From a candidate division WOR-3 bacterium (GTDB taxonomy: Bacteria; Hydrothermota; Hydrothermia; Hydrothermales; Hydrothermaceae), in NCBI GenBank assembly GCA_039803745.1, contig JBDRZD010000022.1, forward strand, positions 1 to 27,956: DNA of 27,956 nucleotides. The letters run 5' to 3'. Below the pieces are notes generated by a model. That model made no database searches and was not told the origin of the DNA. It saw only the letters and a list, made by a program, of their open reading frames with translations. Position numbers and translations under genes: made by a program. Each line of letters opens with the position of its first letter. Position 1 is the stretch's first letter. Shown piece after piece: positions 1-8,967 of the stretch.

Positions 1-1274
1 ATTGGTAAATTATAATTTCTTGTAAATTCACCTCTAAAACCTATTCCAAAATCATAAAATATTTTTTTCCTTTCTTTAAATTTTGAGAAATCATAAAATA
101 TTACTATTCCTGGTGCAAATATTTTTAAAATTTCTGGACCAAATATTCTTATTTCAAACTGGTTTAAGATGTATTCCCTTGTTTCAAAAAAGTTTGCCTT
201 ATAACCCCTTAATCCATTTGTTCCACCAATATAAATATTTTCAAAGGGTTTTGAGTATAAAATATAATTTGCAATAGTTATTCTTTCAATTAGAGGATAA
301 AAAGTAATAAAGGATAAATTAAAATTTTTGTAATAGTAGTTCTCATAAGAGCCAGAAAAACTCATAATAATTTTAAAAATTTTTATTCCAGTATTAAAGT
401 TTGTTTCAAATCCCTTTTTCTTAAAATCTGTTTTAATATCAAATTTTACTTTCCATCCAGTGAAAATATCTTCAATATCACCAAACTTTCTCAAATACTT
501 TTCCTTTAAATAATTTTCTTTTCCAAAAAGATAAACTGCATTAAAAGAGAAAAATTTTTTATAATTATCTCTTATGCCTTCAAATTCAATTCCCAAAGAG
601 TTCCATTCCTTTTCTTTGAAATTCTTTAAAAAACCTGTTTCAATTTTTTCATACAAAAATTTTGTGCTATCCTTTTTTTCTCCATTTTCATAAATGTATT
701 TAATTTTGTCAATTTTTTGATAATTCAAATAGGGGAAATTTTTTAAAAATGTATAATATGGCCTTTTTAAATAAAAATCAATGAATTTATAATTTTTTGT
801 AAAGTTTGATGAAAAATAAAGATCAAATATACTGTTTAAAAAAGATGGTTCAATGTATAAAAAACTCAAATAATCCCTTTCATAACCTTTTACATAAAAA
901 ATTCCTGCATCTATTACATTTCCAAAAAGGTTATGCTCTTCAATTCCAAATGTCATCTTTGTTTTTCCGCCTCCTCCCTCAAAGGATGTAAAAAGACTTA
1001 AAGTGAAAAGGTCTTTTAAATTTATATAAATTGTGTCACTATCCCTTGACGATTTTATTTCAGCATATTTGAATATTCCAAGACTTCTTAATCTTCTTTC
1101 ACTTTCTTTGATTAAAAATGGGTCTTTTTTATCTTCATTAAAAAAAATCAATTTCTTAATTTTATTTTCCTTTGTTTTAAAATGAAGAAGGTTTGCTAAA
1201 TTATAAGGAAATCTTGCATTTTCATAAATCGGTTCAATATTTATTATTATATTCATTAAAAATAAAATAATCAT
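1..1274 (-). CDS. Omp85/BamA/TamA-family outer membrane protein (POTRA-like region plus beta-barrel), 3' end beyond the window
   Basis: Not in the ORF track. My translation from ATG at 1274 (ATGA overlap with the GT39 stop) gives MIILFLMNIIINIEPIYENARFPYNLANLLHFKTKE...KESERRLRSLGIF...FGIEEHNLFGN. The same frame reads FYDFGIGFRGEFTRNYNLP at the window edge. ExNLFG and GxGFR are typical Omp85 barrel motifs. I did not check every internal codon. Confidence 0.75.
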   Translation of the reverse strand, partial: MIILFLMNIIINIEPIYENARFPYNLANLLHFKTKENKIKKLIFFNEDKKDPFLIKESERRLRSLGIFKYAEIKSSRDSDTIYINLKDLFTLSLFTSFEGGGGKTKMTFGIEEHNLFGNVIDAGIFYVKGYERDYLSFLYIEPSFLNSIFDLYFSSNFTKNYKFIDFYLKRPYYTFLKNFPYLNYQKIDKIKYIYENGEKKDSTKFLYEKIETGFLKNFKEKEWNSLGIEFEGIRDNYKKFFSFNAVYLFGKENYLKEKYLRKFGDIEDIFTGWKVKFDIKTDFKKKGFETNFNTGIKIFKIIMSFSGSYENYYYKNFNLSFITFYPLIERITIANYILYSKPFENIYIGGTNGLRGYKANFFETREYILNQFEIRIFGPEILKIFAPGIVIFYDFSKFKERKKIFYDFGIGFRGEFTRNYNLP

Positions 1275-2611
1275 TTCTTCATTATGTAAACAAAAAGAGT
1301 TTTATTATAAATTCTTATCTCTTTTACCTTTTCAACTTTGCTAAAACTTCTTAAAATTCCCTCATTGATTTTTCCAACAAATAAAAATTCTTCATTTAAA
1401 TTAAAAAATCTGTCTTTCCATAAGTCAAATTGATTTCTTCTTGAATTAATGTTTAAAGATGGGACAAACTCTTTTTGGGGTAAATAAAAAGAAAGTATGC
1501 TTGCAATTTGGTATGTATTTGCTGCAACATTTTTTATATTTTTTTCTTTTCTTATTCTATCAACTTCTTTTGCAATTTCTTCCCATCCTCTTATTCTATA
1601 AATTGGATCATTTTTAAATTTTATAAAGGGAGAGATTGCATGGATATGAATTAAAATATTTATTATGAAACTTATTAAAAAAAATATCCAGAAAATTTTA
1701 TTTCTTTTAATATAAATTGAGGAAAGGATTATGAGAAATACATAAGAAATACAGGGCCAATTTGCTTCTGGGCGAAATTTAAAAGAAGTGAATAAAAAGA
1801 AAATTAAGGGGAAAAAGGAAGAAATTGTTAAAAAGTTTAATTTTTCTTTTAAAAATCCTTTAAAGGAATAATAAAATATTAAAATTGATAGGGGAAAGGA
1901 GAGAACTAAAATCATGTCCCTTAAATAATTAAATGTGTTAATTATGTTAAGTTTTGCTGCAGGAATACCATGGGATAATTGAAACTTAAAGGATAGGAAA
2001 TCATTCTTGAAATTCCATAAAATTACAGGAGAAAATAAAAAAAAGGTTATAAAAAGAAATAAAATACCTTCTTTTTTAAGAATTATTTTTTCTTTATAAA
2101 AAAAATAAATAAAAGACGGTAAAATAAGAATCGCAGTATATTTGGATAAAAGGGAAAGCCCAAAGAATATAGCAGAGAGATAAATAAAATTTTTATTTTC
2201 TTTAAATTTTAATAAAAAATAATAAGAAAGAATTAAAAAAAATATAAGGGGTGTATCAGGTGTCATTATTATACTTCCAATAGAAAATAATATTGAAGGT
2301 GCAATAAGGAGCAGGATATTTAAAGAAGTATCATAATCTTTTAACTTTTTACCAATTAATATTAAAAAAATGCCTGTCAAAAAACTTAAAAAAATTGCAA
2401 AAAATCTCACCCCTATTTCATTTTCGCCAAATATTTCTGTTGAAATTTTTATAAGATAGGCAACCATAGGTGGATGGTCATAATAAGAAATATCTAAATT
2501 TTTTGACCATAAAAAATAATAGCATTCATCAGGACTTAAGTCTGTTTTTAAAATTATTGGAATTTTTATTAATATTATAAATAGGAGGAAAAGAAATATT
2601 TTTTTATTCAC
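1271..2611 (-). CDS. ArnT/PMT-family (GT39/GT83, GT-C fold) polytopic membrane glycosyltransferase
   Basis: Motifs DExYY (PDECYY), YYDHPP, TPDTPL, LSKYT and PVILWN, many TM segments and a C-terminal soluble domain. Confidence 0.85.
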   Translation of the reverse strand: MNKKIFLFLLFIILIKIPIILKTDLSPDECYYFLWSKNLDISYYDHPPMVAYLIKISTEIFGENEIGVRFFAIFLSFLTGIFLILIGKKLKDYDTSLNILLLIAPSILFSIGSIIMTPDTPLIFFLILSYYFLLKFKENKNFIYLSAIFFGLSLLSKYTAILILPSFIYFFYKEKIILKKEGILFLFITFFLFSPVILWNFKNDFLSFKFQLSHGIPAAKLNIINTFNYLRDMILVLSFPLSILIFYYSFKGFLKEKLNFLTISSFFPLIFFLFTSFKFRPEANWPCISYVFLIILSSIYIKRNKIFWIFFLISFIINILIHIHAISPFIKFKNDPIYRIRGWEEIAKEVDRIRKEKNIKNVAANTYQIASILSFYLPQKEFVPSLNINSRRNQFDLWKDRFFNLNEEFLFVGKINEGILRSFSKVEKVKEIRIYNKTLFVYIMKK

Positions 2612-3380
2612 TTTTGAGCCATCTTATTCCCTTTTTTTTCTGATAACCTATCTGAACATAATATTCTCTCTTCTCATCATCCTTTAAAGTGATATATATT
2701 TTAGCAAAATTGTCATCTTCATTTAATACTGTATCTTCTGTAAACCATAAAAAGTATGTTTTACCAAGAGTTATTTTAACTACATCTTTATATTCATTTA
2801 AAAATGCTGTATCACATTTTCCTATGCTTAAATCAGAAAAATTCATTGAAATTTTATTATTTTTTTGATTCCATGGAACATACCATCCCCTTGGTCCATA
2901 AAGATAAAGGGATGTATCATTTTCAATTATTTCTTCAAATACAAAATCACATTTTTTTATAAAAGTATCCCTTGTATTTACCCTTTTAATACTTCCCAAA
3001 GAATCAAAATAAAATCCAGAAGGTTTTGTTGGATCAGCAAGTCTATTTGGATAAAATATAAATGTATCAACTTTAACCTTGTAATCTAAAACATAAGGTC
3101 TTGATTCAATATCTTCTCTAAATACGGTTATTTCAACTTTCTTTTTTGGATAAGGAAGAAAAAGGGAATCAACATGAGGTGCAAGCACAATATCAGGTTC
3201 GGTATTTTCATCAAAATAAACATTATATCCGTCAACATCTTTTAATCTTTCCCATTTTAAGATTATCTTTGACCCATTATCTATTATTCTTTCTTCAACA
3301 TTGGATAACATAGGGACAGGTTTTATCCCCTTACAGGAATATAGAATGATTATTGATAGAATTATGGATATTTTTTTCAT
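2604..3380 (-). CDS. Lipoprotein of unknown function with an FnIII-like N-terminal segment
   Basis: Start reassigned to ATG 3380, giving MKKISIILSIIILYS-C (lipobox-like). TATAAT lies 6 nt upstream. IILKWE...VDGYNVY resembles FnIII strands. Overlaps the GT39 start by 8 nt. Confidence 0.65.
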   Translation of the reverse strand: MKKISIILSIIILYSCKGIKPVPMLSNVEERIIDNGSKIILKWERLKDVDGYNVYFDENTEPDIVLAPHVDSLFLPYPKKKVEITVFREDIESRPYVLDYKVKVDTFIFYPNRLADPTKPSGFYFDSLGSIKRVNTRDTFIKKCDFVFEEIIENDTSLYLYGPRGWYVPWNQKNNKISMNFSDLSIGKCDTAFLNEYKDVVKITLGKTYFLWFTEDTVLNEDDNFAKIYITLKDDEKREYYVQIGYQKKKGIRWLKSE

Positions 3381-3386
3381 TTTTAA

Positions 3387-3416
3387 ATTATAAAGTAAAT
3401 CAATTTTGAATCTCAA
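3387..3416 (-). promoter_or_regulatory. Sigma70-type promoter TTGAGA-18-TATAAT, leaderless for the lipoprotein gene
   Basis: -35 at 3416-3411, -10 at 3392-3387, 6 nt to ATG 3380, no Shine-Dalgarno. Confidence 0.55.
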
Positions 3417-3441
3417 AGATTTTATTTTTTAAATAAGAATT

Positions 3442-4326
3442 TTATCTTATAAAAATTATTCTTTCTCTTTTTTTGTCTTTTTTTAGCGTATACACCCCTT
3501 TTGAAGGCAAATCTATCTTTCTTCCTGTTACGTCAAAAACATCATAATTTTTTGAAATTTGTTTTTCTTTTAAGAAAATTAATTTTCTAAATTCTTTAAC
3601 TTTGAGGGGGTTTAAATAAAAGTTTATTCCTGTTACAGTACTTTCAGGATATGTTTGGACTAATTCTGGGTAACATTGTGGATAGTAACCATCTTTTGAT
3701 GCACATAAAGCATAAAGGTCAATCCCGAGTCCATAAACAATATAATATCCATTACTATCAGTATAAACAGTGTTTTCTCCAAAACCATTTATACCCTGAG
3801 CATGAACTTGGGCACCATGGATTGGAAGATTATTTTGTGCAGAATATACATATCCTGATATCCAGCCATAATCATTATTTGAAAATCCCGGTGTCGGAGT
3901 TGAATCTATATAAAAATGAAAAACAGTATCTATAGGATTTAATGGGTCAGCAGGACCGAAAAAGAGACAGGAAGAATAAAAAGGTGGTGGTGTTTTTGAG
4001 GTATTCTGTGAAAAGGAAGCGTCATTTGAATAATAAAAAGAATAAACTAAAACACCATAAGGATCAACAATTTTTATAGAATCCTGGATGTCATTAAAAA
4101 TTAAATTACCAATTATTTCGTTTTTCCCAATAAGTATTATACTATCATTAGAATGAATATTTATGGTTGCTGTATCTTCTCTTGAAATAATTTTAAATCC
4201 GTATATATCATTCTCTCCAAAATTTCTCAATTCAATCCATTCAATAGTATCACCTGGAGATACCTGAATTTCATTTATTAAAACTGAGAAATTTAAAAAT
4301 AAAAAATGTAAAATTAAACTTAACAT
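3442..4326 (-). CDS. Secreted protein: lamin-tail (LTD) domain, carboxypeptidase-regulatory-like Ig domain and short T9SS-like C-terminal tail
   Basis: INEI...IEWIELRN and PTPGFSN are LTD hallmarks. ISGYV...PIHGAQV...TDSNGYY...SKDGY is a CarboxypepD_reg-like pattern. Tail YDVFDVTGRK...KGVY...IIFIR. Confidence 0.7.
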   Translation of the reverse strand: MLSLILHFLFLNFSVLINEIQVSPGDTIEWIELRNFGENDIYGFKIISREDTATINIHSNDSIILIGKNEIIGNLIFNDIQDSIKIVDPYGVLVYSFYYSNDASFSQNTSKTPPPFYSSCLFFGPADPLNPIDTVFHFYIDSTPTPGFSNNDYGWISGYVYSAQNNLPIHGAQVHAQGINGFGENTVYTDSNGYYIVYGLGIDLYALCASKDGYYPQCYPELVQTYPESTVTGINFYLNPLKVKEFRKLIFLKEKQISKNYDVFDVTGRKIDLPSKGVYTLKKDKKRERIIFIR

Positions 4327-4334
4327 TTTATTAA

Positions 4335-4397
4335 ATTATACACTTACTTGAAATATAAAAGCAAATTAGAATATAATAAATATAATTAAAGGAGGTG
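4335..4397. promoter_or_regulatory. Divergent promoter pair plus strong Shine-Dalgarno
   Basis: Minus: TTGCTT (4364-4359), 18 nt, TATAAT (4340-4335), 8 nt to ATG 4326. Plus: TTGAAA (4348-4353), 18 nt, TATAAT (4372-4377). SD AAAGGAGGTG at 4388-4397. Confidence 0.55.
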
Positions 4398-4403
4398 AGA
4401 AAT

Positions 4404-6197
4404 ATGAAGAAGATGTGGTGTGTATTAGGGAGTGTAATAGTTATAAGTAATCTATCTCATGCTGCCCAGAGGATAGTAGTGGCGGAAGAGTTTACAGCTA
4501 CATGGTGCTGGTACTGTCCGGGTGCTGCAAGAGGGCTTGATGAAATATATGAAAGAACATATGATTCTATTGTTGTAATTGCTTATCATCCTTCTACAAG
4601 TGATTCATTTTACACTCAAGAATCTGCACAAAGGGCAAGCTATTACGGGTTAACAGGTTATCCCATTACATTCTTTGATGGAATTATAAGTGAAGTTGGT
4701 GGACTTCATTATGGCACAATGTATCCATTTTATAGAAGAGATTATAATCAAAGGATAAATAATCCATCAAATCTTATAATTTCTTTAACATGTAATTATG
4801 ATTCTGTTTCAAATTCTGGAACAGTAACTGCAACAATCCAAAATACTTCCTCAAGTGCGATAACAGGGATACTCCATTTTGTAATTGTTGAAAATGATAT
4901 ACCCTATAACTGGCAGGGTATGACCGAGCTTGATTTTGTTGTAAGGGATATGCTTCCGGATGCAAATGGTGAATCTGTTACAATACCTGCAAATAGTTCG
5001 ATAACAAGGTCAAGAAATTTTACAATATCCTCATCGTGGAAAGAGAAGGATTGTCATATTGTCGTGTTTGTCCAGGCTTCTAATAAAGAGATTTATCAGG
5101 GAGCAGAAATAGGAATTATACCGATTCCGAAGGCTTTATGGTATGATTATTCTTTGAATGAAGTATCAGGAAATAATAATGGATTTGCAGAACCAGGTGA
5201 AAACATAAGATTAAAGGTTCTTGCTAAAAATATGGGAACAGGAAATTATACAGGTGAGGGACAGATTTCAACAAGTGATCCGTATATTACAATAGCAAAT
5301 GTTTCACCTTACCCAATAACAATTCCTCCTGGAAATATTGATACAATATTAAGTGTTACATTTAATATATCCTCATCATGCCCTGATAAACATATTGCAA
5401 AATTTGTAATTACAACAGGAGATATAACTGATACAATTCCATTTATGATAACAACAAATCCCGGGTTTTCGGATAATATGGAATCAGGAGTTAATGGATG
5501 GACACATTATGGAACATATGATAACTGGCATCAAACAACATATAGATATAATTCCCCTACTCATTCATGGTATTCAGGTGTTGAGGGAAGCTGGCAGTAT
5601 ACAAATGAGAATGATGCAAAACTTGTATCTCCATATTTTGTTGTCACACCAAATAAAACACTTTCTTATTATACCTGGTATTCTCTTGAACAGGACTGGG
5701 ATTATGCTCACTTTGATTTAAATAATGGTTCCCATTTCTGGTGGACATTTGATATTTATACAGGAAATCAAACATCATGGGTGCAAAAGACATTCAATGT
5801 AAATAGGTTCTTTGGAAAGACGACCAGGATGAGATTCAGATTTATAAGTGATTATAGCGTAACCCAAGAAGGATGGTATGTAGATGATGTTTATGTCCCA
5901 TTCTATGTTGAAATTTCGGAGAAAACTTCAAAGGAAAAAGTTTTATTTAATGTTTATCCAAATATTTTTAGGGAAAACACAGTTATATCTTTTAGTGGAA
6001 TCAGGGATAAAGATGCAGTTATAAAGATATTTAATTCAGCAGGTGAGATTATAAACATGTATAAAATAAATTCAGCAGGGAAAATCATATGGGATGGAAA
6101 AGATAAAAATGGAAAAAAACTTCCATCAGGAATTTATTTTATAAATCTTAATTCCAAGGAGGAAAATAAGAGAATAAATGTGATTATTTTGAGATAG
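4404..6197 (+). CDS. Secreted Omp28-like thioredoxin-fold protein with Ig-like and MAM/jelly-roll domains and FlgD/T9SS-like C-terminal domain
   Basis: ATG 4404 follows SD AAAGGAGGTG (the GTG at 4395 lies inside the SD). Signal peptide ends SHA. EEFTATWCWYCP CxxC, GYP cis-Pro-like motif, FVVRDML and IVVFVQ are Omp28-like. FSDNMESG...RFRFISD..EGWYVDDV is jelly-roll-like. Tail VYPN...KIFNSAG...WDGKDKNGKKLPSGIYF. Confidence 0.8.
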   Translation: MKKMWCVLGSVIVISNLSHAAQRIVVAEEFTATWCWYCPGAARGLDEIYERTYDSIVVIAYHPSTSDSFYTQESAQRASYYGLTGYPITFFDGIISEVGGLHYGTMYPFYRRDYNQRINNPSNLIISLTCNYDSVSNSGTVTATIQNTSSSAITGILHFVIVENDIPYNWQGMTELDFVVRDMLPDANGESVTIPANSSITRSRNFTISSSWKEKDCHIVVFVQASNKEIYQGAEIGIIPIPKALWYDYSLNEVSGNNNGFAEPGENIRLKVLAKNMGTGNYTGEGQISTSDPYITIANVSPYPITIPPGNIDTILSVTFNISSSCPDKHIAKFVITTGDITDTIPFMITTNPGFSDNMESGVNGWTHYGTYDNWHQTTYRYNSPTHSWYSGVEGSWQYTNENDAKLVSPYFVVTPNKTLSYYTWYSLEQDWDYAHFDLNNGSHFWWTFDIYTGNQTSWVQKTFNVNRFFGKTTRMRFRFISDYSVTQEGWYVDDVYVPFYVEISEKTSKEKVLFNVYPNIFRENTVISFSGIRDKDAVIKIFNSAGEIINMYKINSAGKIIWDGKDKNGKKLPSGIYFINLNSKEENKRINVIILR

Positions 6198-6199
6198 AA

Positions 6200-7498
6200 T
6201 TATTTTACATTCACTTTTACATCAGAAACAAGTATAAAAGGTACTTCATAATTATAATATTTTTTTGTTTCTTTTGAAATTGCTATGATATTTTTAAAAT
6301 CTTCATAAAAATTCCCAGAAATCATTGCATCTTTTACTCTTCCTTTAATTTCTCCATTCTTTATTAAAAAACCGAGCCCAACATTGAATGAATATTCACC
6401 TGCAAGGATATTTGATTGTCCTGCCCCTATTGTTTCATAAATTATTAAACCATAATCAATTTCTTTTATCATCTCTTCAAGACTTTTTTCTCCGTTTTGG
6501 ATTACAAAATTAGAAAATGAACGCATAGGTAAACTTTCAAAAGAAGATCTAAATCCGTTACCTCTTGGTTTAATTCCTGTTCTTTTTGATGTTTCAAGGC
6601 AAACCATAAAATCCTTTAAAATTCCATTTTCTATAAATTTAAATTTTTCTGTTTTTGTGCCCTCATCATCAAATGGAGCAGAGCCAGTTAAATCTTCCCT
6701 TTCAGGATCATTTATTATTGTTATTTTGTCAGATAAAATTCTTTCACCCTTTTTGTCTTTAAGTGGTGTTATACCTTTTTCAAAATTTTTCCCATCAATT
6801 CCATTTATTATTCCCCATGCAAAAAATTCTAAGGAGAATGGAGAAAAAATTACAGGGTATTTCCCGCTCTTTATATCATCTTTTATTTTGCATTTTTCAA
6901 GAAGAAAAATTACATCTTTTAAAATTTTATCAAAATTAAATTCTGGCTTAAAATTTGATTCACCATCTATTATAAAAATTATACCTGTTTCTGTTAATCC
7001 AAAAACATGAAGATAATAGGAAAATATGCTTTTTCTAAATTCAGCATCAAGTCCACTTGAATTAAATATTTTTCTTTCAATATATTCCTTTGAAAAAGAA
7101 ATATTTACTTTTAAATCTTTATATCTGGACGAAATTTCTCTTACCATCTCTTTCCCGATCCTGATTCTTTCCTTTTCATTCCATTCCAAATCATAAAAAA
7201 TTTTTAAATCCCTTTCAATTTTTTCAGAAGGAAAATCAATATCTATTTCTTTACCATAAATAGAGGTTTCAATTGCTTTATCAATTATTTCTTCCGGATC
7301 CTGAAATATATTAAAAGATAAAAATCCTCTTTTGCCATCTTTAATTATTCTTAATCCAAAACCTGCTTCCTTTTTCTCATTAAACTCTTCAGGTTCATTC
7401 TGGTTGAATTTTATTTCATCTTTTATTCTTTTTTCATAAAATATCTCAAATTTTTTAATATTTCTTTTTTCAAGTTCTTTTATTATTTTCTCCATCAT
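6200..7498 (-). CDS. pmbA: TldE/PmbA family protein
   Basis: GFGLRII, GKYPVIFSP, APFDDEG, GNGFR and MISGNFYE, no HExxxH. ATGA overlap with tldD. Confidence 0.85.
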   Translation of the reverse strand: MMEKIIKELEKRNIKKFEIFYEKRIKDEIKFNQNEPEEFNEKKEAGFGLRIIKDGKRGFLSFNIFQDPEEIIDKAIETSIYGKEIDIDFPSEKIERDLKIFYDLEWNEKERIRIGKEMVREISSRYKDLKVNISFSKEYIERKIFNSSGLDAEFRKSIFSYYLHVFGLTETGIIFIIDGESNFKPEFNFDKILKDVIFLLEKCKIKDDIKSGKYPVIFSPFSLEFFAWGIINGIDGKNFEKGITPLKDKKGERILSDKITIINDPEREDLTGSAPFDDEGTKTEKFKFIENGILKDFMVCLETSKRTGIKPRGNGFRSSFESLPMRSFSNFVIQNGEKSLEEMIKEIDYGLIIYETIGAGQSNILAGEYSFNVGLGFLIKNGEIKGRVKDAMISGNFYEDFKNIIAISKETKKYYNYEVPFILVSDVKVNVK

Positions 7499-8856
7499 TT
7501 ACCTCCTATCAAAACATTTTTAATCCTTATATGAGGTGAGCCTGTAGAAACAGGCAAGGGATACTGGCCGTTTTTCCCACACCCGCTTATTCCTCCGTGT
7601 AATTCAAGGTCATTACCAATTGCGTCAATATTTTTTAAAGTTTCAAAGACATTTCCTGTTAAAATAACATCTCTTACAGGTTCTTTAATTTTTCCATTCT
7701 TTATTATATATCCTGCCTGTGCACTAAATGTAAACATTTCAAGTTCTGTCTGCCCTCCAATAGCCCCCTTTATATAAATACCATCTTTTATATCTCCTAT
7801 AATTTCTTCAAAACTCTTTTCACCCGGTTCTATATAGGTAGAACTCATTCTCACAATTGGAGGGAATCTATAGTTTATTGCCCTTGCATTTCCTGTTAAT
7901 TCTTCGTTCATTAAAGAGGCAGTATATACTGAATGGAGTCTTGAAGATAAAATTCCATTTTTTATGAGATATTTTTTAGAGGAAGGGACTCCTTCATCAT
8001 CATATTTATAAAATCCTCTTTCACCTATTAGCGAGCCATCATCTACAACATTTAGAATTTCACTTCCAACTATGTTTCCGGGTTTCATTATTTCTTTCAA
8101 TTTTTCGTTTTTATAAATATGGTCAGCTTCTGATAAATGTCCGAATGCCTCGTGGATAAAAACTCCTGCAATTTCGGGGTCAAGAACACAGGTATAAAGA
8201 CCTCCCTGAACCTTTTCACTTTTTAAAAGTAAAAAGGCATTGGAAATTGCCTCTTCAATATCCTTTTCTTTATTTAATACAGTATCAAATCCTCTCTGGT
8301 CTCCAAAACTTTTATAAAATGGCTGGATTCTTGAACCATCAAAGGCAAATGCTGAAAAGGCGATTCCACAGTATATTCTGTTTTCTTCTATGTAACTTCC
8401 GTCGGTTCTCAAAATAAATTTCTTTAAATCAACCTCGTTATATCTTATGATTGCATTTCTTATTTTATCTTTTTCTTGAAGAAAAATTTTGTTGTAATTT
8501 TTAACAAGTTCAATTTTTTCTGAAATTGGAATTTTTCTTGGGTCATTTTTCAGTTCAGGGTAAAATTTATCATTTACAACTTCTACTTTTTTTAAAGGAA
8601 TCTCCTTCTTTTTTTCAAGTTTTGAAAAATAAGAAGATTTTTTGGCAGCATAAGTTACATCTTCAGGCTTTGTGAAAGTGGCAAATCCAAAATTTCCACT
8701 TTTATAAACCCTTACATTTCCTCCCTGTCTTTCCGAATATGAAACCTCTATATCCTCCCCAAAGGCAGAAATATTTGTAATTTTTGCTATCTCATATATT
8801 ATCCATCCAAATTCGCCATCTATAAAATCAAGACCTTTTTCAAGAATTTCTTTCAT
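7495..8856 (-). CDS. tldD: TldD metalloprotease
   Basis: HEAFGH zinc motif, YDDEG, TGNARA, PIVRMS and GCGKxGQxxLPVSxGSPH. Confidence 0.92.
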   Translation of the reverse strand: MKEILEKGLDFIDGEFGWIIYEIAKITNISAFGEDIEVSYSERQGGNVRVYKSGNFGFATFTKPEDVTYAAKKSSYFSKLEKKKEIPLKKVEVVNDKFYPELKNDPRKIPISEKIELVKNYNKIFLQEKDKIRNAIIRYNEVDLKKFILRTDGSYIEENRIYCGIAFSAFAFDGSRIQPFYKSFGDQRGFDTVLNKEKDIEEAISNAFLLLKSEKVQGGLYTCVLDPEIAGVFIHEAFGHLSEADHIYKNEKLKEIMKPGNIVGSEILNVVDDGSLIGERGFYKYDDEGVPSSKKYLIKNGILSSRLHSVYTASLMNEELTGNARAINYRFPPIVRMSSTYIEPGEKSFEEIIGDIKDGIYIKGAIGGQTELEMFTFSAQAGYIIKNGKIKEPVRDVILTGNVFETLKNIDAIGNDLELHGGISGCGKNGQYPLPVSTGSPHIRIKNVLIGGK

Positions 8857-8880
8857 AATTCTCCTTTCACAATGAAAAGT

Positions 8881-8965
8881 ATTTTAAAAGAAAGAATAGA
8901 AATTTTTCAAATGGTTTGATTTTTTAAGTCAAAAAATTTTATAATATTTAAAATAAAAGGAGGTG
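8881..8965. promoter_or_regulatory. Divergent promoters for tldDE and the large surface protein, plus strong SD
   Basis: Minus: TTGAAA (8910-8905), 18 nt, TAAAAT (8886-8881), with SD AAGGAG before tldD. Plus: TTGATT (8916-8921), 18 nt, TATAAT (8940-8945), SD AAAGGAGGTG at 8956-8965. Confidence 0.55.
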
Positions 8966-8967
8966 TT

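Noticed and set aside
6200..8856. tldDE as part of a RiPP cluster or as the protease processing the neighbouring CTD proteins
   Set aside because: No precursor peptide, YcaO or transporter is adjacent. TldD/E lack signal peptides, so they are cytoplasmic, whereas tail cleavage would occur after export.
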